DNA of 64,000 nucleotides from positions 195,394 to 259,393 of the forward strand of contig JBNGIO010006327.1 in NCBI GenBank assembly GCA_049999805.1. The letters run 5' to 3'. The position numbers and the translations under genes were made by a program. The stretch's first letter is position 1; every line of letters starts with the position of its first letter. The notes under the pieces are model-generated. The model was not told where the DNA came from. It saw nothing but the letters and a program-made list of their open reading frames with translations, and made no database searches. The DNA is from Folioceros fuciformis. Its lineage: Eukaryota. Positions 13,085-24,853 of this stretch are shown here, piece after piece.

Positions 13085-13220
13085 TGTTAGGAGTAAGAAA
13101 CCTAACATAGTTTATACTCTAGCTGTTAGACTAGAGGTTAAATACTTAACCCAAAAGACACTTTACAATTTTGTACTTAAAGGATACTTTCCTTTTATTA
13201 TTAATTATTGCTTTCTTACA
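13085..13220 (+). repeat. Candidate 3' LTR of element A
   Basis: AT-rich TGTTAG...CTTACA segment after a G-rich PPT-like tract (GGGTTTGGTGGGAG). No second copy in the window to confirm it. Confidence 0.45.
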
Positions 13221-14027
13221 AAGCTCGCTTCTGCGATTAGTAGCACCCGGGTGGGTAGGGGGTTTTCTCAAAATCTCCGATGAAGACTGGAAGACTGGAG
13301 AATTGACCCTCACCTCAGCAGCAAGTCTCCAGGGGCATTCTCCCTCCAACTCCAGCCCAGCAAGATCGGCAAACCCTCCGAAATCGGTGGATTTTGCAGC
13401 GCCCGTGCCCAAGCAGGCTGGAATTGGGAACTGTCCGGAGAAGCTCGACGAGCCTTCCCAAGAATCGAACTCAAGCGGGCACTCGTATGGGAGATCGACT
13501 GGCAGCCCCCAGTGTGCAGCAAATTCGGCCCACAGAAGGGCGCATCAGATCGCCAGCAACAGGGCGCCCCACATCGCTAGCATCAGAGGGGCGCCCCAGC
13601 TCGCCCGCTGTAGGGCATGCTGGATCACCTGTGGAGGGGAGCGTCGGATCTCCCTCCAACGGGCACACCCGTGCCCAAACCGCACCCCGAATCGACAACT
13701 TAAGTTGTCGTTTCGGTGAAGGGGGTTTTTTCCCTCTCCCAACGAGTGCGAACCTAAGTTTTTCGGGCAGCAATTCCGAATCGGCTCAACCCAGTGCCGG
13801 TTCACAATCGGACCCCTTCTTCTACTACTTCCTGCCTGACAGCCAGCAAGTTCTAGAGAATTCTTGTGTGAAGATTGAGCCTGCCTCGACACCCCCGCCT
13901 CTCATCGACCACGCCTTGGCACTCCTGGACCAGCTCCAACTCACCGCCGAGCATTCTGTGGATTTGATCTACCGACTTTGCCGCCTAGTAGAGCTTGTCC
14001 AAGATTGCTCACCAGCCCCTTGACTAC

Positions 14028-14150
14028 GAGGACATTGGTGGCACTTGCGCTAGGGCGCTAGGAGGACGTTGGTGGCACTTGCGCTAAGAGGACATTGGTG
14101 GCACTTGCGCTAGGAGGACGTTGGTGGCACTTGCGCTAAGAGGACATTGG
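14028..14150 (+). repeat. 26-bp tandem repeat, about 4.5 copies
   Basis: GAGGAC(A/G)TTGGTGGCACTTGCGCTA(A/G) repeated just before gag of C. Confidence 0.95.
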
Positions 14151-16585
14151 AACAAGTTTTATGACCTCAACGTACAGAGACGTGGTTTATCAGCTTGTTG
14201 AACATTTTAATTCGCTTTCAATTAATCCTCCAGCTTCTATGGCCACCAACACAATTGTCCCAGTACCCATAGGATCTATGCCAACATTCACCGGCCATAT
14301 AAAGGAAAATGACCGTTTTAACGACGAGCATTATCCAGTATGGCGAGTGCAAATGAAGTCAATCCTGATTGGCCGTGGTGTTTGGAAAATTGTCGATGGG
14401 AGCCACCGCAAACCAGACCCCGCTGTAACCTCTCCTCCTTCTGCAGCCGACATTGAGAAGTGGAAATATTTAAACGGAATTGCAGTGGCCCTCCTTATCT
14501 TTGGCTTGGACTCGAGCTTAATGCCAAGTGTCGAGTTCCTCACAGAAGCCTCTTCCATTTGGAACCAACCCTTTAACACTTCCAATGTGAACACTCTACA
14601 GCATCAGACAAGAATTCAATGCACTTAAGATGAAGGAGACAGACACAGTCGCAGGACATACCTTTAAGTTCAGACAACTTAGACGGCAGTTGGCCTCCCT
14701 TGGGTCACTAATGACCAAGAGCGATGCTGCTGCTCAACTACTCATGAGTTTGCCGGCCTCCTACCAACATTTTGTCACTAGCCTGATGCTGGTGTCAACT
14801 CGCGGCATCTCTGGATCCACCTCCTCTCTGGCAGTGAAGGAAATCATCGGTGCCCTTTACTAGCACGAATAAAGCCGCCTCAATTCTGCAGGAGGGTCCA
14901 AGCCCAAGGCAAACAAGGCACTTGTTGTTCGTTTTAAGCCTGGGAAACTCAAGGGGAAGCATGCCACTACCTCCAAGGGTGAGTCGACCTCAGCTCCACC
15001 ACGCCAAGCAGGTAACTGCAATTGGTACGGTACACCCGGTCACTGGGCACGAGAGTGCCGCAAGAAAAAGGCCGGAGAGCCATAGAAGCCTGGCCTGCGC
15101 CAGACCGCAAGTGTGACCGTCAAAGGCAAAACAGGCTCGTATCTTCTCCAGCTCCCTACCTGCAACCTATCCACCTGAGGAATTTTCCTAAAAACATCCT
15201 CCCATTCTGGAAAGGCTTCCTGCTCTTGAGTGTGCCCTAATTCACTCCTACCCTCAGGAGGGGCCACTTCCATCGCTGGCATATGCTCCTGGGGTGCTTC
15301 CAGTTCCTCTTCGTTCAGTTCCTACTCTACCGACCCTTGGTCTGCTGGTTCTTGAATAGTTCCTTGCTGCCCCTCAGCCCGTTCCAGGTCTACCTCCTGT
15401 GATGCCGACCCGCTTCTTTTTCTGACAATCTGACCACTGGCCCGTCTCCTCTTGGCGGGAGCCTTTTTCCCTGACCATGCCTTTCTCTTCTGCCTGGCGA
15501 GAGTCCCCTCCTCCGAACTATCCGCATCGCCTGACTCTCAGCTGCTGAAGTCGGCTCCCGCTGGCTCGGGGGGCTTCCACTTTACATCTCTTATTGGTCT
15601 CCACATGTGCAGTGAGGCGAGCACTTCCAGCTCAGACACGAGATTAGCATAGCAGTAGATATGAATTAGAAAGGGAGAAATCATTGAAGGTCAGGGAGAG
15701 GACAGGGTTAGATTTTGCCTTTCCTCGTCCATCCTAGCATACAGGATTTTCCCCCAGTCCACCTTGCTCCCCTTGACCACCTCGTGCACAAACAGGAGCA
15801 TCTGGTCGGACAGATAATCATGCTTGCGAACTTGCAGGAAACATAGGAACCACCTGGCCAGACCCATCAGCTGAGGGTTGGCCATGTCGCAGACCAGCCA
15901 CCCGTTGGCTTCCTTCTTGGTGCCTAGTTTGAGTAGCCCTTCGGCCTCAGCCGTGCCACCTCGTTTCTTCAGGGACTCTAGCACTAGATGCTGCCTTCCT
16001 ATGCTTGTGGTCGCCGGCGCTCTCCACCCGCTCTGCTGTATTGCCTAAGCTTCCGCTCCCCTTCGGCCGTCGTCGCGCTTCGCGGCTACTCCCGCTCCTG
16101 CTCCAGCTCGCAAAAGTTTCTACCTCAATTACTGCCCAGGTCCTCCCCTGATTCACCCTAGGGTTTTATGCTGCCGTTCTCGTTCCACTACCGCCAGTTG
16201 GGCTACTGCCGGTTTCCTTTCCACGATGGTCGCGCAATCGGCTACCGTCTCCCAGTCATCACACTCCGGTTTTTCGCCTAAGTCCACAACTACCTAAGCC
16301 CGTACCCCATTTCCTATTTCTTATTTTCCAGGGGGGGCTACATATATAGACACCTGAGTGCCCGCGCACTACCAAGGGCCAAGGACACCCTCGCCCACAC
16401 TTCTCCTTGGTCCTATCACTCAATCCTATCAAATCACCAAGGGCCAAGGAGCCTTTTGGGTATAAATACCCAAGTATTATTTCCATACTAAGCCGATCCA
16501 TTCGTATCTTCACCAAAAAAAACGCAACCTGCTCATTCTGTTCTTCAAAATGGGAGTCCCGAAAGTTTTTTTCCTCTACAACTGA

Positions 16586-16802
16586 CCAACATGGGCTGGA
16601 GGTTAGAGCTATTTATGCCCGCAACAGAGGAAGGGGCTGCCCAACATGGGCTGGAGGTCGGAGCTATTTGCGCCCGCGACAGTGGAAGGGGCTGCCCAAC
16701 ATGGGCTGGAGGTCAGAGCTATTTGAGCCCGCGACAAAGGAAGGGGCCACCGGACACGGGCAAGAGGTCAGAGTTATTTGCGCCCATGATATAGGAAGGG
16801 GT
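16586..16802 (+). repeat. 55-bp tandem repeat, 4 copies
   Basis: Units start at 16586, 16641, 16696 and 16751 (CCAACATGGGCTGGAGG...GGAAGGGGCTGC). Confidence 0.93.
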
Positions 16803-18885
16803 TGAGCCGGAGAATGAGCTTGAAATGGACTCGAGAACAGGCCCCCTGCGTGTCGAAATCCTAACCCGTAGGATGGCTAGTAGCTATAGGATGGCTAGTA
16901 GCTATAGGTAGGGTGCGAGCTTGAGCCCTAGAAGGAGATTTCCTTGCCCATGCCCGTTCTAGTTAGGCCAGTGCTTTGTAGGTAGAGTGAAACCCTAAAC
17001 CCAAGGAATGACAGAGCTCAACAACTTGCAGTGTTTGTTTGTTTGCGCGCGCCTTGCATATACAAAGACCCTGCAAACAAGCTTTTTTGGCAATGAGCCT
17101 AAAATTCGCGGCCCATAGGCGTGTGTATTTGGAAAAACGTGGAGAGAGAAACGTGGAGGCGTCCCCTTTGGGGACCCCTCCACGTTTCTCAGACCAGCAA
17201 GTAAAGGACAACATGGATTCCAGTATCTTTTGAGAACCACCCTACCGACAAGACAGACCTGCAAAGCATGCCGTCTGTGGAACAGCATTATGTGATCTGC
17301 CATTTCCGTGGCTCCATCCTGCCAGGATCCAGCAATGATCTAGATATTGGCACCCCTTGGCTAAACAATCAGAAACACCACTTCTAAAGGCTTAAAACAA
17401 AACAATTTGACCAGCTCTGTAAAGCCCATACTGAATTCTGATCATGCGTCACAAAGAGGGTCGTGATCTGGAGACGTGTTAAAGTTTTCGTGACCGACTC
17501 CGTAAGTACTGCAATCCAGCATCTGCGGAGTGTAAACATTTGCCATCATGGCAAACAGAAATGCCAGACCATAATCCAACCGACTGCCTGCTTCACAAGT
17601 GTCAACCAGATGGTTAGTCTAAGAGGAGCAAACGAGGCTCAAATGCAAGACCAGAAGCCTGTGCAACGTCTTGTTCTTTGCCCTCCAGTTAGGTGCAGGA
17701 AGAAAGCACCCAACGAAGTCAGACTGTTGCCTCGTTTGCAATCCATACGCCCAATGCTATAACCCAAGAAGCCAACCTGTGGCCGGTGCTTGTCCTCTTG
17801 AAAACGACACAACACTGGCAAATGATGCTTCATGGGGGACCAGCTGTACAAATCGGATACTAAAAGCGAAGTGATATGTCACGGTCATCCGCTTGAACAA
17901 GGCTTAGCTCTGAAACAGGAACCCCACATCCCAATCCTGAACGGAACCGGAACGTTTGTTAAATCTTCCCCATCAACGAGGATGCTTCCAGATGTTGCTG
18001 GTTGTAGACCTATTCGCAGCAGTGTTGTTTAGCCACAGCCCGAAGGACCCGCACGTACGGCCGTATAGGCAGCGATGCTCACTGCCCTTGAGGACACTCC
18101 GACAACGTTGGTGGAAACAACCAGTGATGCCCAGCATCAACAGGAACAGGAAGCCGAAAGTGGATTAAACACAAAGGAAACCAGTTGGTCTCTTTCAATG
18201 TTGGTAGACACGGTGTTCATTGACACACCCTAAATCCGAAGTTGTCGATATCAACATACTGACCGAGGAGCAAACGGAGAAGGGCGTTGGGCAGCCCTTC
18301 TGGGAGGCCGTGTCGGTAGCCCCCCACAAGGGCAGCAAGGAGTTCGACCCTAAAACCCTAAACCCCTGCCGTAAGTATTTCTCTTGGGACGCAAAGTTTT
18401 GCACCCCGTACTCTCAAAACTGTACGGTAGTGCAGCCATAGATCCGTTCTCCCGCTTGCTGACCTATCAGGATCCTGCTTCAAATGTGGGATACACGCTC
18501 GCTGGTTACGGGACTTTCATGAAAACGAGGAGAGATATATTCTCTCGGAGGCCAGGCATATTTCATGTTGCAAATTGTGCAGGTAGCACTGGCTTGTGAG
18601 CATGGAAAGACGTGATGGAAATTTGATAGACGGCAATTAAGCAGCAACACAAGTTGGGTGGGGTATGTGCCAGCTGCCGATCCTGGGGTATAACAGCTAG
18701 TCATTTTGACTCCTTAATGTCCCTTAGCTTCCGTGTGGCCCACGTGACTTGAGAACAGAGCTAGAGACGACGATTGCAGTTCTGGGCCCTGGAGCGGGGA
18801 GTTTCTCACAGGCTGGTGGACCCTGGATTGTGTTGTACAGTTTTCCACTGTTGGTGTTGGTTGAGTAGTTTTCGTAGCAGGCAGG

Positions 18886-21096
18886 ATGAGCGGACAGTCG
18901 TTGCCCAGCCTTGACTCACCCGAGGGCGTACTGGAATACGTCAACTTCATCACCCACAATCCAGGGAAGGTACAGCAGGAAGTTTTGGCTTCAATCCTGA
19001 AGGAGAATGCACATTGTCAGTACCTGGCAAGGTATGGGCTGGACGGGAGGACGGACGTGGAGTCCTTCAAGTCCTGTGTGCCGCTGAGTGATTATGAATC
19101 GATTAAAGAGGACCTGTACCGCATCGCTGATGGGGAGAACTCTGAGGAGTCGCCCATCCTGTGCTCAGGTCGGATTGTGGAGCTTTACACAAGGTGAGCT
19201 GCTTCAAATGGACAGTTCTGCATTTGCTTGACAATGCCCTGTGACGTGACACAGCAGCGTTAAGTTGAGCTGCTCGTGTGCTGTCTTGTTGCCAGTTCTG
19301 GAACTTCGAGCGGAGAAAGGAAGTTTTTCCCAACCGTGGAGAGCGACAGTCTTAGGAAAATGGTCTACTCATCAATCACCAGCATGGTGACCACTTTGTG
19401 AGTGTGCGGGCTTTTGTCACTGATGGGACAGCGACTGAGGATGGGGGCGTGGAATTTATGTGGGTCTGTCGGATGTCTTGAACAGGGCGTATCCTGATTT
19501 GGCTAAGGGTGGTAAGGGCCTCTACTTCTATGGTGTGAGACCAGCAGAGCAGACAAGAGGCGGGCTAGTTGCCCAGCCTGTGACAGCTAGTCTTCTCAGA
19601 GCTATTTTCTCAGGAAGAGGGCCTCTTTCCTCCTTCGCCAAGACGGTGGTCAGTCCAGGCGAAGTCATTCTCACGCCTGAGAAAGACAGCCAAATGCTCT
19701 ACTGCCACTGGATTTGTGGATTGGTACAGTTCAAAGAGGTTGTAAGAATAGGGACCTTGTTTGCCCCTAGTCTTGCAAGAGCCTTGCAGTACCTGGAGAA
19801 GAACTGGCAGCAGCTCTGTTGGGATATTCGACAGGGCAAGCTGAATAACAGTATCCAGGATCCTGCTGTCAGGGAGGTAGTGGAAAGGTTGATGGGTGGC
19901 CCTAATCCGGACCTGGCCGATCGTGTTGAATCCATCTGCTCTCGCCGGTAGGTGTGCGCCTGCATTATGGTGCTTACATACTTACACATGCAAGCAAGCA
20001 CCCGGTTCCCGGCATTGTTCTGACTTTAGATGTCGTTTTCATGAATGGTGCAGACCGACGTGGGATGGCAGTATTCCGGAGCTGTGGCCCAACATAATAC
20101 TGGCGGAAAGCATAGTCACAGGGAGCATGGCCGCCTACTTGCCAATCCTGCGCCGCTACCTGGGAAACATCCCGATCGTATCTATGACTTACGCTTCTTC
20201 AGAGGGGTTTCTCGGGACAAACTTAAGACCAGCTTGTCCTCCAGAGGACGTGGCCTACACCCTACTGCCATTCATGATGTACTTCGAGTTTCTGCCCATC
20301 ACGGAAGACGTGGGACAAGGAGACGAGCAAGCAGGTGGTCGCTCGGAGTCGGACAGCACAGAGAGTTCGGACCATGCTACCAGGACGGTTGACATCACAG
20401 GCGTGAAGCTGGGGAAGTTATATGAAGTAGTGGTGACGACCCACACTGGTGAGCCACTCATTCCACATGCCTCAGGTCACCTTGCCCCTCATGGCATGAA
20501 CTCATAACTTGCGACGTTTTCTTGGATGGACAGGACTGTATCGCTACAGAATGGAAGACTGCCTGAGGGTGGCAAGGTTTTACAACCGCATTCCTGAATT
20601 CCAGTTCGTAGAACGAAGGAATTTGGTTCTTAGCGTGGATACTGATAAAACAACGGAAAGTGAGCTGCTGGCAGCTGTGGGGGCAGCTGCCCTTATTCTA
20701 AAACAGCGCAGGAGCATCACCGTGACCGACTACACGAGTTGCGTCGACTTCTCCGCCACTCCAGGGCGCTATGTAATCTTCTGGGAGCTCTCACACCAGG
20801 AAGTAGTCCTACAGTCCGTCCTGGAGCAATGCTGTGAAAAATTGGAAAACTCGCTAGGCTTCACGTACAGGAGAAACAGGAACGAAGGCTTTATCGCACC
20901 TCTGACTCTGAGAATTGTGGGGTCAGGCACTTTCGATCTGCTGTTAGCTGGTGCAGTGGCGCGAGGTGCAACACACAGCCAGTTCAAGACCCCGAGGTGC
21001 CTCAAGGTCTCTGCTGATGTCGCCCTCTTCAATTCAAGGATTGTGCTGGAGGTTAGCTCTCCAACCCTGCCCTCCCTCAAAGTTGTCGGGGCATGA
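18886..21096 (+). CDS. GH3: GH3 acyl-acid amido synthetase, divergent; exons 18886-19193, 19296-19397, 19486-19947, 20054-20448, 20534-21096
   Basis: SSGTSSGERK, YASSE, LYRYRMED, DTDKTTE and QFKTPRC; GT-AG introns keep the frame. Confidence 0.93.
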
Positions 21097-21448
21097 AGGG
21101 AACCAGATCACTTCTAGAGATGACGACGCCCTTTGCCAGTTGCGAGACAAGTACAGTATGGAAGGTGGTGCACCTGGCCCTTGTTGACGAGGAGGGTACT
21201 AGGGCAATCAGAATTGAGAGCAGGGTGCGTCTGGCTCGCTGATGCCGGGGTGTAGGTGGCGTTGATGCCGTGTACGGTGTGACACTGGATGTATCGTGGC
21301 GTAACCTCGTGAGAAGAGAAAACTGTTGGCCGCACTCCTTCCTTTCCCACCGGGACCCCCATGGTTAAACGGGCGTTGATGTGGGCAAGGAACGGGAACG
21401 ATTGTTCCGAATTTAAAAAAGCTCGCAGCTCGTTGACCCATTCTCGCT

Positions 21449-23232
21449 ATGGAGATTTTACCGATGCCAGCGCAAGAGTGTCTGGAATCGTCCGGGTGCA
21501 GCAGCTGCTGAATTGGCCTTGCCACGCCTTCTCTGTGCAGCAGTAGTGGCACCTGGGCAGGAATTGTGCTCCTCCGCCGGCGCGTCTTGCGGTTTCCATG
21601 CCTGGTCAGGCGCTTTTCCAAACGTGCTCCTTCCTCTCCGTCGGCCAGGTACGTGATGCTCTGCCCCGCTGTCCGGCACATGCTACCAGTCCCGTTGCAG
21701 TTGCAGGTCCGTCTGGGGCTGTGCGCCGGGCAGGCAAAGCGTGGGATTAGGGCAGATTTGCGGATGGGAAATGTTTTGGTGGGCACTGGGGCTGAAAATC
21801 CTCGCCTTTGCTGGAGAGCAGCACGGAGCGGAATGCGTTTTGTGGTCGGGGCTGGGAGGCGAGCGGGAGGAATCACAAGTTGTTCGGCCGTGGGTGCAGG
21901 CTTTCACGGGAACGCAAAATGTGTCGAACGGGGCAAAGGATGAGGCGTGGAAGGTCAACGTGCGGATTCAGGGATGTGACCTACAACGCGGGTACCTGTG
22001 CGGCAGTATGGAGGCTCTCAATGTTCCCCAAGCAGAGATTCCAGTAAGTGAAGGTGGATGCCACAATGCTCTTCGCATTTTTTGGCAGCATGGCAGATCC
22101 AGGATGGTTTTGTGATTGTGAGCTCTGTGCCTCCCAGCGAATTTCGCGATGGGTGAGTTTGCCCTTGAGCCTGTTTTTTTCCAGCATCCATCGCTGACAG
22201 AACACTGGGAGTAGTCCAGGATTTGCCTTGAAATTCCACCTCATTGGTACCTGTAGGAAAACCCTATGTTGCTGTGGCTGGCAGATCATGTGTGACTGTG
22301 AGGCTGACGAGCAGAATGTGGCTTGGTATGCAGGTGGTGACGTTCTGGGAAGGTCAAATTGTTGACAACAAGAACTATTGGTTTTACACTGGCCAGTGGG
22401 ATGCATCGTGAGTGTGTATTGAAGTCCTGCATAGCTTTGTTTTGAACGAGTCCGAGGTGCGGTGGTTTAAATTGACGTCTGCTGCTCGTCTCACAGGCGT
22501 GACGTGGATGTGGAGCACTGGTCCAAGTTCCCTTCCTTCGAACCTTTCCGGGTGAGTAAGGCCTTGCTAGTGAGCCAAGTCTACGTGGGACAATACTTGT
22601 GTTTACCGCTTGGCCTGTATACAAGCCCAGGCACGGAAGATGTAGCTCACAGACCGGTACTGGTCGGTGTATGTTGAACCGTCCTTCAGGAAGCAGTGCA
22701 ACAGGACTCTGGGCGTTCACTGGATCTTTCAAATTACCCCTACATCTTTATGGTATGTTCTTGTCTGTGCGTGTGTTTGATGTGAGTGACACAGACCTCC
22801 GTCACAGTGTTTCTTCCCCTTCAGCCCGCTCCGCGTGCTGTTTCTTTTTGAAATCAGCTCATTCTTTCCGTCCATACATACAGAGATGGAAGGAGAAATT
22901 TTTTGTCAACGTTGGTGCAGATTGTGGATTGACCATAGCGGGATTTTACTACGTCTGTTTCTGCCGCTCTGATGGCTCAGTCAGTGGGTACTACTACGAC
23001 CCCCACAGCAGGTATGTATCCGCTCCTGCAAATGAAGCTGCTTCACTGTGACTGGCTTTTTGAAGAAGAGGAGGAGGAATTTTCAGGTTACAGAATCTGT
23101 TGGGTGAGAAGGTACTTAACTCACTCTACTGGTTCCGATGGTTTTCCCTGCAGTCCTTTCCAAAAGCTGGAACTGAAAGTAACGACTGAAGGACGCCGGG
23201 GGTATCAGTTCCAAACATATTCTTTCCGATAG
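21449..23232 (+). CDS. GID4: Glucose-induced degradation protein 4 (GID4/Vid24) homolog, multi-exon; start uncertain (21449, 21464 or 21598)
   Basis: Exons encode AFTGTQNVS..AWKVNVRIQG..GYLCGSMEALNVP, VVTFWEGQIVD, HWSKFPSF, YPYIFM, RWKEKFFVN..LTIAGFYYVC..GYYYDP and PFQKLEL. Confidence 0.92.
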
Positions 23233-24853
23233 CAGTGTGACGTCAAGACGATCGCTAGGAAGGAAAAAAAGTGCTTTCTTTTCTACTTGCTGTGTGTGTA
23301 TGGACATTCAATGGTCGAAATTGACCCCTTTCGGAAAAGCAAGTTGGGATCTCTCCTCAGGTTGAACGTAAGCCCTTCCCCCACTCCACAGTCCACTGGA
23401 CCTGGGAGTTGTGTGTCTGACAAGGGAGCGCGCTGTGCGAGCAATGAGGCAACATGCCTGCCTGCACCACGTGATGAGGGTGTCGGATCTGTCCAAGCCG
23501 ATATGAGGCCCGGGACACGGAAGACCCACACCCTGCATGTTGCAGCGTGGTTTCGAGTACCCCTGCGTAACGTGTTGCGCTCTCTTGCCACAGATGCTGA
23601 TGCGGGGATCTCCAGCAGGGAAAAAAAGAAGGGTTGCATGCAAGAACAGATCGACCTCTAAAAGGTGATGAGTTCTGACTGGTGAGTCCAATGCCATTTC
23701 GCACAGGTGCTGCCGGGATGTCCTTGCCGAAATGGCTGGCAAGTGGAAGGTAGGTGGAGTCGGAATCTGGCAGGCCCCATAAGACCAGCACCTCACCTCA
23801 GCTCACCGTTGGTAGGACGCAAACAAGCTGTTCCCGCTTTGTGAGACACGTATTATGCCCCTCTCGGGCCCGCGGCGCCTTCAATGACCACGCAGTGATG
23901 CTAGCAAGGATACGGAACGCAATGATGATGAACGACACATGCAAGTCTTGGATGAGTAACATGGCGAATCAATGCGCTCTTATGCAACACGGAAGATGTC
24001 CATGTATGTGGGGGCCTGAACTGAACCAACCCAGTCTATCGTAACGTCCTCCTCACGTGCACCCACTTGCAGGAGCTGGACACCTGGTCCTCCCTTCTCC
24101 CCCGGATTTTCCTCGCACTGGTTCGTTTGTGGACTGCGTTTTCCTGGCCTGGGTGTGCCCATCCAGCAACTGTTTCTCCACCGGGCTACGCCTCTGTTTG
24201 AAGCTATGAATTGCAGGTTAGAGAGCCTTGTAGAGACTGGGTATGGTACAAGATTGAGTATGTGTACAAAATTGATCAGGTTCTTGATCACAAGGAACCG
24301 ACATCGGTCTCCCTTAGAACTGCTTCCTATCATGCCAGCCGGGGGCACTATCTGAAACTAGTGAAAGGCACAGGTGCCCACGAATAAGGCCCAGCATGAC
24401 CAAGGCTTTCTCTCCTACTACTACTACTAAGAAGGTATGTATTATACCTGCAACACTGGCCTTGTGTGACGATTGTGGAGCAGAAGAGCTTTCGAGTGGG
24501 CCGCGAGAGTGAGTGACACCTTCCCCCGCTCCCCCCTCGTCCCGCACACCGAAGCCGCAGCAGCCACACCGCTCTCTGTCAGTCGATCGGCCAAAATACT
24601 TACAACCCTTTTCTCCTCCTTGTGGTTGCCGTGTCGATGTCAGCTTCAAGAGGCCCGATGTGTGCACTACGTCGACACAGCAAACCCCCTTGTCCAAAAT
24701 GTGGCTGCCTCTTATTTCTATGGTCATGTGCTCCTGACTACCTGAAGTGGACCCCAGCAGCTGCAGCTGAGCGTGCGTCGTAGTTCGATGATGTCCAACA
24801 TCGATGCGAGGCGGACGCCTTAATGATCCCCCCCATAAGACGAAACCCATTTA

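Larger units (their letters stand above)
1..13220 (+). mobile_element. Ty1/Copia LTR retrotransposon A (outer, decayed; 5' end probably outside window; interrupted by element B)
   Basis: Copia order gag (CHWC..GHWEWDC knuckle) - protease (WFIDS) - GAG-pre-integrase (LWHARLGH) - integrase (FRTDNGGEF) up to 3044. The frame resumes at 9681 (PYTQQQNGVAKRKN), then RT (KSRLVARGF, LYVDD) and RNase H (ADILTKGL). Many stops and frameshifts. Confidence 0.9.
13221..16850 (+). mobile_element. Copia element C remnant: upstream ORF, gag, pol absent, antisense ORF and tandem repeats; ends uncertain
   Basis: gag 14161-15130 is clearly related to gag of B (FTGHIKENDRFNDEHYPVWRVQMKSILIGRGVW vs FTTNLKEKDRLNGQNYKTWRVRMKSILLARSVW); knuckle CNWY..GHWARECRKKK. 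Confidence 0.7.

Noticed and set aside
13238..13262. PBS for element C (TAGCACCCGGGTGGGTAGGGG)
   Set aside because: Only a loose resemblance to a tRNA 3' complement, and no paired LTR confirms it.
14028..14150. CRISPR-like array
   Set aside because: The repeats abut with no unique spacers, there are no cas genes, and the context is a eukaryotic retroelement.
16990..18365. Telomeric repeats (AAACCCTAAACCC)
   Set aside because: Isolated one- to two-unit motifs, not an array.
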